Shown here: in pieces, positions 50,806 to 61,646 of the stretch | Layout: every line of letters begins with the position of its first letter | Numbering within the stretch: the stretch's first letter is position 1 | Source: an uncultured Thiomicrospira sp. | GTDB lineage: Bacteria; Pseudomonadota; Gammaproteobacteria; CAKMZV01 | Reading direction: 5' to 3' | NCBI GenBank assembly: GCA_965195345.1 | Contig: OZ239628.1 | Span: forward strand, 1,312,001 to 1,376,000 | DNA: 64,000 bases | Translations under genes and position numbers: made by a program | Notes under the pieces: generated by a model | What the model saw: only the letters and a program-made list of their open reading frames with translations | Databases searched by the model: none | What the model was told of the DNA's origin: nothing

Positions 50806-51587
50806 TTCAAACATGCAATAACATTTTTATTAACATAGGAGAAAAAACGCTTCATACGCTGCGTTCTTTCGGAAAATTGCATATGTTTATGTGGTTAGTT
50901 CTCACTCAAACTCCTAAATTAAAGGGGCTATATAGTGCGAGTTGTTTTCAAATATACAATATAGGCGTTCTCTCTTTACCAATAATATTAGTCTCAGGTC
51001 TATTTGTTGGCATGGTTTTAGGTTTACAAGGCTACTACACATTGGTTAATTACGGTGCTGAAAGCTCTCTTGGAGTATTGGTGGCTTTATCGCTTATTCG
51101 TGAATTAGGACCAGTGTTAACTGCAATTTTATTTGCAGGTCGCGCAGGATCATCAATTGCATCAGAAATTGGATTTATGAAAACAACTCAACAATTAGAT
51201 GCACTTGAAATTATGGCAATAGATCCTATACAAAAAATCTTTCAGCCTCGCCTTTTAGCAGGCTTCATCGTCATGCCAATGCTCAATTTAATGCTCATAT
51301 CGGCTGGATTAATCGGAGCTTGGTTTATTGGATCGTATATACTAGGAATAGACGATTCTTCTTACTGGACGCAGATGCAGGACAAAGTTGATTGGTATGC
51401 AGATGTAATGAATGGAATAATCAAATCGCTTTTCTTCGGATGGACCGCAACTATAGTTGCTCTATATTTCGGCTATAACTGTATACCAACAGCAGAAGGA
51501 ACCAATCTAGCTACTACCAAAACAGTTGTCTATACTTCACTTGCTGTATTGGCGCTAGATTTTATATTAACGGCTATTATGTTTTAA
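50802..51587 (+). CDS. mlaE: Mla ABC transporter permease
   Basis: GMVLGLQGY, RELGPVL, AGRAGS, PTAEG, ATTKTVV. Confidence 0.96.
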   Translation: MIQTCNNIFINIGEKTLHTLRSFGKLHMFMWLVLTQTPKLKGLYSASCFQIYNIGVLSLPIILVSGLFVGMVLGLQGYYTLVNYGAESSLGVLVALSLIRELGPVLTAILFAGRAGSSIASEIGFMKTTQQLDALEIMAIDPIQKIFQPRLLAGFIVMPMLNLMLISAGLIGAWFIGSYILGIDDSSYWTQMQDKVDWYADVMNGIIKSLFFGWTATIVALYFGYNCIPTAEGTNLATTKTVVYTSLAVLALDFILTAIMF

Positions 51588-51590
51588 ATT

Positions 51591-52037
51591 ATGAAAGAAA
51601 AAGCAATACAATTATGGGTGGGAATATTTGTCTTATTAGGCATATCTTCTCTAGTTTTTATCGCTTTGAGCGCCAGCAATCTTAACGCTTTTTCCAGTGG
51701 CGATGGTTATCGAATCAAGGCTTCCTTCAGTGAAATAGGCGGTTTGAAAAAATCGGCTCCTGTGACGATAGCAGGTGTTAGAGTTGGTCGAGTAGAGAGT
51801 ATTTATTTGGATTTAGAGTCATTTCAAGCTCGGGTTGTTTTAAATATTGATGAAAAGTATGACCAAATCCCCATTGACAGCAGTCTAAGTATTTTGACTG
51901 CAGGATTACTTGGAGAGAAATATATTGGTCTCACTCCAGGTGGAGAAGAAGAATATTTAGCAGACGGAGAGTTTATTGAAATCACTCAATCTGCTATAGT
52001 ATTAGAAAATCTAATAAGCACATTTTTAAATAACTAA
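51591..52037 (+). CDS. mlaD: Mla MCE-domain protein
   Basis: N-terminal TM, IGGLKKSAPVTIAGVRVGRV, TAGLLGEKYI, TQSAIVLENLI. Confidence 0.96.
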   Translation: MKEKAIQLWVGIFVLLGISSLVFIALSASNLNAFSSGDGYRIKASFSEIGGLKKSAPVTIAGVRVGRVESIYLDLESFQARVVLNIDEKYDQIPIDSSLSILTAGLLGEKYIGLTPGGEEEYLADGEFIEITQSAIVLENLISTFLNN

Positions 52038-52630
52038 TGAAAAAAATCTTACTACTATTGGTGTTTTTCTCAATTAGTGCGCACGCTGGTCCCGTGAGCG
52101 ACTTTTTACAAGGAGAGACAAAAGAATTATTCAAAGGAATTGATTTAGATCGCGAATATTACGAGAATAATCCTAATGCGTTGGAGCTTATAACGAGAGA
52201 ACGTATTTACACTTTGTTCGATTGGGAAAAAATCAGTCGATTCGTTTTAGCCAGACACTGGCGCAGCTTGAATAAACAGAAAAAGCAGCTTTTCATCGAC
52301 GAATTTTCAGCCCTACTCCTCACCACTTATAGCCAACTACTCATCAAAATTACTTTTGACGATTTGACCTTTCAAGAAGAACGTAAGGGCCTACGCAAGG
52401 GAACCTATATCGTGCCTTCTATAGTACAAAGTGACACCAAGAAATACCGTTATGAGTATTTTGTCATTGAAGAAAAAAAAGTTTTGCGTATTGTTGATTT
52501 GCGCGTTGAAGGTCTTAGCCTTCTTATTAACTATCGCAAAGCATACGCTGAACAGTTGGAAAACAAGGATATAGATCAATTCCTTAATGATATAATTTCA
52601 AAAAATAATAACAGTGCCATTAAAAATTGA
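52037..52630 (+). CDS. mlaC: Periplasmic phospholipid shuttle MlaC (Ttg2D family)
   Basis: Signal peptide, SRFVLARHW, LLLTTY, IVDLRVEGLSLLINYR; operon position. Confidence 0.88.
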   Translation: MKKILLLLVFFSISAHAGPVSDFLQGETKELFKGIDLDREYYENNPNALELITRERIYTLFDWEKISRFVLARHWRSLNKQKKQLFIDEFSALLLTTYSQLLIKITFDDLTFQEERKGLRKGTYIVPSIVQSDTKKYRYEYFVIEEKKVLRIVDLRVEGLSLLINYRKAYAEQLENKDIDQFLNDIISKNNNSAIKN

Positions 52631-52895
52631 AGTCAATGGAAATCGTGTGTTTTTCTTGGGTAAAGCAACCATTAAAAATATCGAATTACTCCCCCCTCCT
52701 ACTCTTAAACCAGGAACTTACGAAGTTGAATTTGAGAGACTTGAAGTTGTTGATAGCGCTTTTATAGCATGGTTACTTGATTGGCAGAAATCCATGTTAA
52801 AGAAAAATATCTTTTTTAAATACACGAAATTACCCATTCAATTTGAGAACATAGTTGCAGCATATAGACTGCAATCTTTGTTTGAGAATGACTAA
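52614..52895 (+). CDS. mlaB: STAS-domain protein MlaB
   Basis: VVDSAFIAWLL STAS motif; operon position. Confidence 0.8.
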   Translation: MPLKIEVNGNRVFFLGKATIKNIELLPPPTLKPGTYEVEFERLEVVDSAFIAWLLDWQKSMLKKNIFFKYTKLPIQFENIVAAYRLQSLFEND

Positions 52896-53639
52896 ATGAC
52901 TACCAAAGCCATATCCTTTAACAAAGTTAGTAAACATTTTAGTAATGTTTACGCTCTTAATGAATTAAGTTTTTCCATCGAAGAAGGCGGATTCTTTGGA
53001 TTACTTGGCCCTAATGGTGCAGGTAAATCAACACTCATTAATGTCACTTCAGGTTTAGCTAGACCTACTTCAGGAAGTGTAAATATTTTTGGAAAAGACG
53101 TAATTAAGGATTTTCGCGATACGCGTCGTATGGTGGGTGTTGTCCCACAAGAGTTGATTAGTGATGGTTTTTTCTGTGTACGTGACATGTTGCGTCTTCA
53201 GGCTGGTTACTTTGGTTTTGGGAAAGAGCAATATGACTGGATAGAAGAACTTATCGACACTATGGCCTTGACTGCTAAAGCAGAGGAGTTAACTCAAACG
53301 TTATCTGGCGGCATGAAAAGGCGCACCTTAATAGCTATGGCACTTGTTCATCGTCCGAAAATTGTCATTTTGGACGAACCAACTGCAGGTGTTGATGTCA
53401 ACCTTCGACAAACTTTATGGAAGTTCATTCGCAAATTACACCTCATGGGGCACACAATTATTCTCACAACACATTACTTAGAAGAAGCTGAACAACTATG
53501 CGATCGTATTGCTATACTAGATCAAGGAAATCTAGTAACCCTTGAAGATAAAAGCACCCTCCTCAATGATTCATCGCGACGATTGGAGCAAGTGTATCTT
53601 GATATTATCAAACAATCAAGAGACCAAGAAGAAGAATGA
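52896..53639 (+). CDS. ABC transporter ATP-binding protein (YadG-like)
   Basis: LLGPNGAGKST, VVPQE, LSGGMKRR, LDEPTAGVD, LTTHYLEEAE. Confidence 0.93.
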   Translation: MTTKAISFNKVSKHFSNVYALNELSFSIEEGGFFGLLGPNGAGKSTLINVTSGLARPTSGSVNIFGKDVIKDFRDTRRMVGVVPQELISDGFFCVRDMLRLQAGYFGFGKEQYDWIEELIDTMALTAKAEELTQTLSGGMKRRTLIAMALVHRPKIVILDEPTAGVDVNLRQTLWKFIRKLHLMGHTIILTTHYLEEAEQLCDRIAILDQGNLVTLEDKSTLLNDSSRRLEQVYLDIIKQSRDQEEE

Positions 53640-54415
53640 ATAATTCAATATTTAATTATTATGGCACATGGGTTCTGTTTATAAAAGAGATCAAACGATT
53701 CTTAGCAGTCTCCTTACAAACTATCTTTGCCCCAGTCATTAATGCTATTCTCTATCTAATCATTTTTTACCCGTTTGGCGAATACATGACCAGCTTCAGT
53801 TCAAGCGATCATGAGTATGGCGTTTTCCTTATTCCTGGATTGGTTATGATGACTGTATTGCAGAATGCATTTTCAAACTCTTCTTCGAGTATGATTCAAT
53901 CGAAATTTTATGGAAACGTCACATTTATGTTACTGGCGCCTCTTTCAGCAATAGAAATATATACCGCTTTTGTTGCTGCTGCAATACTGAGAGGACTGCT
54001 TGTGGGCTTTGCGGTTTTCCTTTGTGGCTGGATACTGTATGACTTTAACCTTGAACATCCTTTACTGGTTATACTGTTTACAATACTTTGCTCTGGAGTA
54101 ATGGGCGCAATGGGATTAATTGTTGGAATTTGGGCGGATAAATTTGATCATTTAGCAGGATTTCAAAACTTTGTGATTTTGCCGATGACATTTTTGAGTG
54201 GCGTGTTCTACTCAATTAACAAACTTCCCCCTTTGTGGCAGCACCTTTCACTTTATAATCCATTTTTATACATGATAGATGGCTTGCGCTATACCACCCT
54301 CGGTTTTTCTGATCAGCCTTTTTGGAAGGCAGTTATTATCGTAACACTCATGTTTATAGCTTTGAGTTGGTGGTGTTGTTCCATCCTAAATAAAGGATAT
54401 AAATTGAGGTATTAG
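53636..54415 (+). CDS. ABC-2 type permease (YadH-like)
   Basis: KEIKRF, PGLVMM, NSSSS, PMTFLSGVFYS, NPFLYMIDG, GYKLRY. Confidence 0.93.
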   Translation: MNNSIFNYYGTWVLFIKEIKRFLAVSLQTIFAPVINAILYLIIFYPFGEYMTSFSSSDHEYGVFLIPGLVMMTVLQNAFSNSSSSMIQSKFYGNVTFMLLAPLSAIEIYTAFVAAAILRGLLVGFAVFLCGWILYDFNLEHPLLVILFTILCSGVMGAMGLIVGIWADKFDHLAGFQNFVILPMTFLSGVFYSINKLPPLWQHLSLYNPFLYMIDGLRYTTLGFSDQPFWKAVIIVTLMFIALSWWCCSILNKGYKLRY

Positions 54416-54642
54416 TGAAAAAAGAAGAAATTATTCAGAAAATACGTAATGCGGTAGGTCCATGTGAAATAGAACTAAATGGATCCGATTGTAATTTTAG
54501 TGTGAAAGTTGTTGCCGCAGTCTTTGATGGAAAAAACACAATACAACGCCATCGTATGATTAACGATGCTCTAAAAGCCGATATTCAAAATGGTACACTC
54601 CATGCCGTTTCGATTTCCACTGCAACACCCGAAGAGGATTGA
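54415..54642 (+). CDS. BolA/IbaG family protein
   Basis: FDGKNTIQRHRMI, LHAVSI, TP; usual position before murA. Confidence 0.9.
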   Translation: MKKEEIIQKIRNAVGPCEIELNGSDCNFSVKVVAAVFDGKNTIQRHRMINDALKADIQNGTLHAVSISTATPEED

Positions 54643-55943
54643 TGGATACGTTACTAATAAAAGGAGGCGTTTCCTTAAATGGTGAGATTTCCATATCAGG
54701 AGCCAAAAACGCTGTTCTTCCTATCATGATTTCTTCATTATTAACAGAAGAACCCGTAACTATACGACGCATCCCATACCTCAAAGATGTAAGTAATACG
54801 ATGCAGCTTCTTGCAGGGTTAAATGTCGATATTACTGTAGATTATGTAGATCAATCCAGCACTATATTTCAAGCCGTTAAAAAAAACTTAAGCTCTGAAC
54901 CACCAACTGACGTTGCAAGCATGATGCGCGCTTCAATTCTTTCTTTAGGTCCATTAATGGTTCGACTAGGAAAGGCGCGCTTAATAATGCCAGGAGGTTG
55001 TGTAATCGGTGACCGACCTATCGACATTCATCTTGAAGGTTTAAAGCAAATGGGCGCCGATTTCTCGCAAAGTCATGATAACTGGATAATTGGTCATGTT
55101 GATGGACGTTTAAAAGGCAGTGATATCTCGTTACGCAATGTATCAGTAACTGGTACGGAAAACTTAATAATGGCTGCTGTTCTCGCAGAAGGAACAACTA
55201 TACTTCGTAATACTGCTAAAGAACCTGAAGTGGTAGATTTGGCCAATTGTTTAATTACCATGGGTGCTAAGATTAGTGGACATGGTTCTGATGTCATAAC
55301 AATAGAAGGAGTAGAAAAGCTTGGTGGGACTGATTACACCATCATGCCTGATAGAATTGAAGCAGCTACTTATCTTGTTGCTGGGGCGATGACGAAAGGA
55401 AAAGTACGAGTGTGCGATGTCATTGTCGAGCATTTACAGTCAACAATAATCAAGTTAAAAGAGGCAGGAGTCCGAGTAACCACCGGTCCTGATTGGGTTG
55501 AGGTAGACGCAATAGGCTGCACACTCAAAGCGATTGATCTTACCACTCAACCATTTCCAGGATTTCCCACTGACATGCAAGCTCAATTCGTAGCACTTAA
55601 TAGCATTTCAGAAGGAAAAGGACAAATTATGGAAGAGGTTTTTGAAGGGCGTTTTCATCACGTAGAAGAATTGATCAAAATGGGTGCTTTGCTTAAAGTA
55701 AATGGCAATTGCGTTGAATCCAATGGCATAAAAAAACTCAAAGGAGCAGATATTACTGCCAGTGATCTTAGAGCTTCTGCTTCTTTGGTTTTGGCTGCAT
55801 TAATAGCAGAAGATACTTCAATTATTCACAAGGTCTACCATATAGACCGTGGTTATGAATTAATTGAAGAAAAATTGCGGAAATTAGGAGCGATTATTTA
55901 TCGACTTCATTCTTCCGAAGAACTCTCTCATGACTATTCATAA
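54639..55943 (+). CDS. murA: UDP-N-acetylglucosamine 1-carboxyvinyltransferase
   Basis: ISGAKNAVLP, MRAS, PGGCVIGDRPID (active-site Cys present), PDRIEA, PGFPTDMQ, DLRA, HIDRGY. Confidence 0.99.
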   Translation: MMDTLLIKGGVSLNGEISISGAKNAVLPIMISSLLTEEPVTIRRIPYLKDVSNTMQLLAGLNVDITVDYVDQSSTIFQAVKKNLSSEPPTDVASMMRASILSLGPLMVRLGKARLIMPGGCVIGDRPIDIHLEGLKQMGADFSQSHDNWIIGHVDGRLKGSDISLRNVSVTGTENLIMAAVLAEGTTILRNTAKEPEVVDLANCLITMGAKISGHGSDVITIEGVEKLGGTDYTIMPDRIEAATYLVAGAMTKGKVRVCDVIVEHLQSTIIKLKEAGVRVTTGPDWVEVDAIGCTLKAIDLTTQPFPGFPTDMQAQFVALNSISEGKGQIMEEVFEGRFHHVEELIKMGALLKVNGNCVESNGIKKLKGADITASDLRASASLVLAALIAEDTSIIHKVYHIDRGYELIEEKLRKLGAIIYRLHSSEELSHDYS

Positions 55944-56568
55944 AGTAACAATCGCCCTATCAAAAGGACGTATACTGCAGCAAACTATTCCTTTATTGAA
56001 AAAATCAGGGATTGAAGCGACTACTGACATATTTGATTCTCGCAAGTTAATCTTTGAGACCAATCACGATAACATTGAGTTATTATTGCTTCGTGCCACT
56101 GATGTGCCTGTATATATACGGGAAGGTGTAGCCGATATTGGCATCGTAGGTAAGGATTTACTCCTTGAAAATGGCGGAATTGGCATTGGTGAATATACTG
56201 ATTTGAAAATCGCTCAATGTGCGCTTTATTTGGCAGCCAAGAAGAATAGGGAAATGAACCCTGCTCTTAAAATCAGAGTGGCGACTAAATACATAAATAT
56301 TGCATCAAACTGGTTTGCCGAGCAAGGACAACCCGTCGAACTTATAAAACTATATGGTTCAATGGAAATTGCTCCTCTTATTGGGTTAGCTGACTTTATT
56401 GTTGATTTAGTTGAATCAGGAAAAACATTAAAAGCAAATCAACTCCAACCCATAACAAAAATATGTGATATTAGTGCGCGCCTCGCTTTTAATCCAACAT
56501 CGATGAAAACCAAAAACGCAACCATCACCCCATTGTTAAAACATATTACCAGCTATATTGATGATTAA
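55930..56568 (+). CDS. hisG: ATP phosphoribosyltransferase, short form (normally needs HisZ)
   Basis: IALSKGR, RATDVP, GIVGKD, VATKY, GSMEIAP, DLVESGKTL; 212 aa with no C-terminal regulatory domain. Confidence 0.97.
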   Translation: MTIHKVTIALSKGRILQQTIPLLKKSGIEATTDIFDSRKLIFETNHDNIELLLLRATDVPVYIREGVADIGIVGKDLLLENGGIGIGEYTDLKIAQCALYLAAKKNREMNPALKIRVATKYINIASNWFAEQGQPVELIKLYGSMEIAPLIGLADFIVDLVESGKTLKANQLQPITKICDISARLAFNPTSMKTKNATITPLLKHITSYIDD

Positions 56569-57844
56569 ACATCTCGATACAATACAAGAAAATTTTGATC
56601 ATTTATTCGAGCAATTGTTAACCTACTCTGACTTCACCAACACTTCGCTTGAAAAAGACGTAAAGGACATTATCACTCGTGTGCAGAATGAAAAAGACAG
56701 CGCACTTTTTGAATATACGCATCGATTCGATAGTTTTTCTCCTTCTTCTTTAAAAATAAGTGATGAGGCAATTCTCTCCTCTTGCGATAAAATTGAAAAA
56801 GATTTGTTAGACGCTCTAACTAACGCGGCTCAACGCATTAAAAAATATCATCAGCATCAAGTACAAACTGACTGGATGTTTCAAGACGAGCTTGGCGTCC
56901 AATTAGGACAAAAAATCACACCAATTGATAGCGTCGGCTTGTATGTTCCAGGAGGTAAAGCCGCTTATCCATCTACCGTTTTAATGAATGCTATCCCAGC
57001 GCTTGTTGCAGGTGTTGGACGCATTGCAATAGCCACTCCTTGCCCCAATGGAATACTCAATCAAGCAGTGCTTGCTGCCGCTTATATATGCGGCATTAAA
57101 GATATTTATTGTGTTGGTGGAGCACAAGCGATAGCTGCTTTAGCGTTTGGAACTGAAACAATTACACCCGTTGATAAGATTGTTGGTCCAGGCAATGCAT
57201 ACGTTGCTGAAGCGAAACGGCAAGTATATGGGAAAGTCGGTATTGATATGATTGCTGGACCTTCAGAGATTACTATTATTGCCGACGGTTCAATGCCTGC
57301 AAAATGGACAGCAATAGATATGTTCTCCCAAGCAGAGCATGATGAACTTGCTCAGGCAATTTTGTTATGTCATGACGAGCAATACATAGAAGAAGTACAA
57401 AAACAAATCACATTATTGTTACCAGAGATGTCTCGCCAATCCATTATTGCTCAATCATTAAAAAACCGTGGTGCTCTTATAAAAACTTCAGACTTGGATG
57501 AAAGCTTAGCCTTATCTAACCAAATTGCACCAGAGCATCTACAGCTTGCCATTGAAAATCCTGAGTCTGCATTGACGCATATAAAACATGCTGGAGCCAT
57601 ATTTCTTGGACATTACACTCCAGAAGTCTATGGTGATTATTGTGCAGGTTCCAATCATGTTTTGCCTACTGCATCTACCTCTCGATTTTCTTCTCCTTTG
57701 GGTGTGTATGATTTCCAAAAACGATCAAGTGTGGTACACGCGTCAAAATCATCTGCTAACCAATTGTCACAGATAGCAGCTACTATTGCGAAACACGAAA
57801 ATCTAACTGCACACGCTCATGCTGCTCAACTTAGATACCAATAA
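56558..57844 (+). CDS. hisD: Histidinol dehydrogenase
   Basis: GLYVPGGKAAYPS, GGAQAIAALA, VGPGNAYV, DMIAGPSE, SQAEHD, APEHL, GSNHVLPT. Confidence 0.98.
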   Translation: MMIKHLDTIQENFDHLFEQLLTYSDFTNTSLEKDVKDIITRVQNEKDSALFEYTHRFDSFSPSSLKISDEAILSSCDKIEKDLLDALTNAAQRIKKYHQHQVQTDWMFQDELGVQLGQKITPIDSVGLYVPGGKAAYPSTVLMNAIPALVAGVGRIAIATPCPNGILNQAVLAAAYICGIKDIYCVGGAQAIAALAFGTETITPVDKIVGPGNAYVAEAKRQVYGKVGIDMIAGPSEITIIADGSMPAKWTAIDMFSQAEHDELAQAILLCHDEQYIEEVQKQITLLLPEMSRQSIIAQSLKNRGALIKTSDLDESLALSNQIAPEHLQLAIENPESALTHIKHAGAIFLGHYTPEVYGDYCAGSNHVLPTASTSRFSSPLGVYDFQKRSSVVHASKSSANQLSQIAATIAKHENLTAHAHAAQLRYQ

Positions 57845-58924
57845 ATGAAGCATCTTGTACGTCATTCTATTCGTGAATTAAAGGCATACGCCAGTAATAC
57901 CACTCCAGGGAAAATAAAATTAGACGCTATGGAAAACACTGCGCCCACTCCCCCTGAGTTGATTGAAATTTGGCAGCAACAGCTAACTCAAGCAAAAGTT
58001 AATTTATACCCAGACCCAACACAGAGTGAACTTCGAAACGCCTTTGCCCAATCATTTGCGCTTGATGAACAACAGTTATTATTCGGCAACGGCTCTGATG
58101 AACTCATTCAATTGATTCTCCTTGCATGCTGCGAAAACGAAGACTCTGTAATGTCTTTTGATCCTGGATTCACAATGTATAGAATGAGCGCTGCCTTCTG
58201 TCGATTGAATTTTCATGGTGTGGATTTAAATGACGATTTTTCTATTCCAACAGCATCCACAATTGAGGCAATAAAAAAACACAACCCAAAAGTGTTTTTC
58301 ATTGCTTATCCAAATAACCCCACAGGTAATTCGTTCTCATCGGACGACATAGAAAAAATAATAAAAACAATCGATGGAATAGTTGTTATTGATGAAGCAT
58401 ATTGCAATTTTTCAAACGACACTCTGCTGCATAAATTGAATAACTTCGACAATGTTATTTTATTAAGAACATTCTCGAAAATTGGTTTAGCTGGTTTGCG
58501 CCTAGGGACGCTTATTGCACATCCAGAGTTAGTCAAGGAAATAAATAAAGTGCGTATGCCCTACAACATTAATACGCTCACCCAGCGAATGATTACAACT
58601 TGGTTGAAAATGCCTGATTCTTTGACAAATCAAACAAAAAAAATTGTAGAGCAGCGAGAAGCACTCGCAAAAACGCTTGAGAAGCTTGCAATTTTTGAAA
58701 CAATTTATCCAAGTCAAGCGAATTTCTTGCTCACCCGTATACAAAAAAAATACAGTTCAGATAAATTGCATGCCGAATTAGAAAACAAAGGTATTCTTGT
58801 GAAAAATTTAAATGGTAATCACCCATTACTTGCAAACTGTTTACGAATAAGTATAGGACAAGAACAGGAAAATGAACAATTATTGGATTGCCTGCACAAG
58901 ATAACCGCTGAAACCAATGATTGA
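57845..58924 (+). CDS. hisC: Histidinol-phosphate aminotransferase
   Basis: LDAMEN, GNGSDELI, PNNPTG, IDEAY, RTFSKIGLAGLRLG. Confidence 0.97.
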   Translation: MKHLVRHSIRELKAYASNTTPGKIKLDAMENTAPTPPELIEIWQQQLTQAKVNLYPDPTQSELRNAFAQSFALDEQQLLFGNGSDELIQLILLACCENEDSVMSFDPGFTMYRMSAAFCRLNFHGVDLNDDFSIPTASTIEAIKKHNPKVFFIAYPNNPTGNSFSSDDIEKIIKTIDGIVVIDEAYCNFSNDTLLHKLNNFDNVILLRTFSKIGLAGLRLGTLIAHPELVKEINKVRMPYNINTLTQRMITTWLKMPDSLTNQTKKIVEQREALAKTLEKLAIFETIYPSQANFLLTRIQKKYSSDKLHAELENKGILVKNLNGNHPLLANCLRISIGQEQENEQLLDCLHKITAETND

Positions 58925-59660
58925 ACGTACTCAATTATTAAACGATCTCAACGAGCTTCTTGATGTTGAGAGAATAGAAGATTATTGTCCTAATGGGCTA
59001 CAGGTTGCTGGCAATTCGACCATCAAGCGCTTGGTTACTGGAGTAACTGCTTCTCAAGCGCTTATAGATGCAGCTATCGAATATAAAGCAGATGCTCTAC
59101 TCGTCCATCACGGCTATTTTTGGAAGGGAGAAAGCGCACCTCTGACTGGGATTAAGGGTGAGAGAATCACTCACCTTATAAAAAACAACATCAATCTGAT
59201 TGCTTATCATCTACCACTTGATATTCATCCTGAATACGGTAATAACGCATTACTTGCCAAAGCATTAGAAATAACCGACAACAATCTGGATTCTCGTAAT
59301 TTACTTCGTTTTGGAAGCATCAAAAAACAAAAAATTGGCGACTTCATTGCAACCATCTCTCGCACATTAAATCGCACACCTCTACACTTAGAAGGTGGTC
59401 CAGAAGAGATAACCTCGATTGCTTGGTGTACAGGTGCTGCCCAAGACATGATTGAAGATGCTCAGATGCTTGGAGCGGATGTTTTTATAAGTGGCGAAGT
59501 CAGCGAACGTACTACCCATATAGCACGTGAGTCAGGCATTCATTATCTGTGTTGCGGCCATCACGCCACGGAAACATTTGGGGTCCGAGCATTGGGGGAA
59601 AAAATCGCAGATAAATACGCCATTGATGTCCGTTTTATAAATATTCCCAATCCTGTATAG
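58917..59660 (+). CDS. Nif3-like dinuclear metal centre protein (YbgI/DUF34)
   Basis: DYCPNGLQV, VHHGYFW, YHLPLDIHPEYGNN, CTGAAQ, SGE, GHHATE, NPV. Confidence 0.95.
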   Translation: MIERTQLLNDLNELLDVERIEDYCPNGLQVAGNSTIKRLVTGVTASQALIDAAIEYKADALLVHHGYFWKGESAPLTGIKGERITHLIKNNINLIAYHLPLDIHPEYGNNALLAKALEITDNNLDSRNLLRFGSIKKQKIGDFIATISRTLNRTPLHLEGGPEEITSIAWCTGAAQDMIEDAQMLGADVFISGEVSERTTHIARESGIHYLCCGHHATETFGVRALGEKIADKYAIDVRFINIPNPV

Positions 59661-59662
59661 GA

Positions 59663-60598
59663 ATGAATACTGAAACATTTCGTAATGTTCTATTGCATAT
59701 GCAAGCTGACTTTTGTGCATCTTTAGGCTCATTTGAGACATGCGCCTTCCAACAGGATAATTGGCAACGTGGTGATGAAGAAAAACTCAAAGGTGAAGGA
59801 CGTACTTGGACTATCGAAAATGGAGACGTGATAGAAAAAGGCTGCATTAATTATTCCCACGTGCGCGGAGATTCCCTCCCTGACGCAGCTACAATATCTC
59901 GCTCAGAAATCGCAGGCAGTCCATTTGAAGCAATGGGGGTATCAATAGTAATGCACCCCAAAAGCCCAATGGTCCCAACTTCGCATTTCAACATCCGACT
60001 TTTTGTTGCCTACCCACGTGATAAAAAGCCTATCTGGTGGTTCGGTGGCGGGATGGATTTAACGCCTTATTATCCTTTTGACGAAGATATTATTCATTGG
60101 CATCAACAAGCAAAAAAGGCTTGCGATTTTTTGGGAAAAGAAAATTATCAACGTTTCAAAAAGGCTTGTGATAATTATTTTTATTTAGAGCACCGCAAAG
60201 AAACGCGTGGGGTTGGTGGTGTTTTTTATGACGACTTAAATGAAGTTAATAATGGTTATCCCTTTGAAAAATGCTGTGCCTTTCAAAAATGTATAGGACA
60301 TGCTTATACATCGGCGTACTCATCCATTCTTATGAAGCGTAAGGATATTCCTTATGATGATAAAGCCCGTTCTTTTCAACTATATCGTAGAGGTCGTTAT
60401 GTCGAATTCAATCTTATCTACGACCGAGGAACTTTGTTTGGATTGCAATCAGGCGGTCGTACTGAAAGCATTTTAGGCTCGCTTCCAAATATTGTGCATT
60501 GGAAATACGATTGGCGTGCAGAAGAAAATTCTGCAGAGAGTCGATTGAATTCCTATCTTAAACCGCAGGATTGGCTAGAAAACACCAATAATTATTAA
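59663..60598 (+). CDS. hemF: Oxygen-dependent coproporphyrinogen III oxidase
   Basis: GVSIVMHP, PTSHFN, WWFGGGMDLTP, RGVGGVFYDD, RRGRYVEFNL, RGTLFGLQSGGRTESI. Confidence 0.98.
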   Translation: MNTETFRNVLLHMQADFCASLGSFETCAFQQDNWQRGDEEKLKGEGRTWTIENGDVIEKGCINYSHVRGDSLPDAATISRSEIAGSPFEAMGVSIVMHPKSPMVPTSHFNIRLFVAYPRDKKPIWWFGGGMDLTPYYPFDEDIIHWHQQAKKACDFLGKENYQRFKKACDNYFYLEHRKETRGVGGVFYDDLNEVNNGYPFEKCCAFQKCIGHAYTSAYSSILMKRKDIPYDDKARSFQLYRRGRYVEFNLIYDRGTLFGLQSGGRTESILGSLPNIVHWKYDWRAEENSAESRLNSYLKPQDWLENTNNY

Positions 60599-60615
60599 AA
60601 TCGAGGTGCTGCAAA

Positions 60616-61638
60616 TTATTCTGATGAATAGCCATTAGGATTCATACTTTGCCAGCGCCACGTATCCGCACACATTACTTCAAGATTACGTTGTGCTTTC
60701 CATTTTAACAAATTGCACGCGCGTTCCGTATCAGCAAAGCAGACAGGAACATCACCTTTTCTACGAGGTGAATATTTATACGTTATTTTTTGACCACTTC
60801 CTTTTTCAAAAGTATTAATTAAATCAAGAACACTATAACCCTTCCCTACGCCCAAATTACAAACAATCGGTTTACTAGAGCAATGATTTTTTAAAGCATT
60901 CAAGGCAGCCAAATGCCCTTCTACCAAATCCATAACATGAATATAATCGCGAATACAGGTTCCATCCGGCGTGTCATAGTCATTACCAAAAACACTAAGA
61001 ATGTCACGCTTTTTTGAAGCAACTTGAGAAATAAACGGCATTAAATTATTGGGAATTCCTTGAGGAACTTCGCCAATTTTTCCACTCTCATGAGCACCTA
61101 TTGGATTAAAGTATCTCAATATAGCTATTTTCCAAGCATCTGACGTGCTATTGACATCGCAAAGCATTTTCTCAATCATGAGTTTTGAACGCCCATAAGG
61201 ATTAACAGCTTGCAAAGACAAATCTTCTTTCATTGGTGAATCTGCACTTCCATAAACAGTCGCTGATGAACTAAAGATGAGCTCGTGAATAGCGCATTTT
61301 TGCATTACATTAAGTAAATTCAACGTCCCAGAAACATTATTTTGATAATACTTAAGCGGATCTGATACCGATTCATTAACTGCTTTACAACCAGCGAAGT
61401 GCAAAACAGCCGCGGGCATTAACGCGCAAATATACTTTTCAAGCCTTTGGATATCACATAAGTCTATATTTTCAAAGTCAACGCTTCGACCAGTAATTTT
61501 TTCAACGTTTTTCAACGCTTGTAAATGTCCATTACTTAAATTGTCAATCACTGAAACAGTGTATCCGGCCTCAAGTAAAACTAATACAGCGTGCGACCCT
61601 ATATAGCCTGCTCCGCCTGTTACAAGAATACGTTTCAT
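60616..61638 (-). CDS. galE: UDP-glucose 4-epimerase
   Basis: TGGAGYIGSH, KAVNES, FSSSATVYG, PYGRSK, LRYFNPIGAH, DGTCIRDYIHV, NPNGY. Confidence 0.97.
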   Translation of the reverse strand: MKRILVTGGAGYIGSHAVLVLLEAGYTVSVIDNLSNGHLQALKNVEKITGRSVDFENIDLCDIQRLEKYICALMPAAVLHFAGCKAVNESVSDPLKYYQNNVSGTLNLLNVMQKCAIHELIFSSSATVYGSADSPMKEDLSLQAVNPYGRSKLMIEKMLCDVNSTSDAWKIAILRYFNPIGAHESGKIGEVPQGIPNNLMPFISQVASKKRDILSVFGNDYDTPDGTCIRDYIHVMDLVEGHLAALNALKNHCSSKPIVCNLGVGKGYSVLDLINTFEKGSGQKITYKYSPRRKGDVPVCFADTERACNLLKWKAQRNLEVMCADTWRWQSMNPNGYSSE

Positions 61639-61646
61639 AAGCTACC

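Noticed and set aside
54639-56568. Fosfomycin-resistant MurA, or truncated hisG
   Set aside because: MurA keeps the active-site Cys; a 212-aa HisG is the well-known short form.
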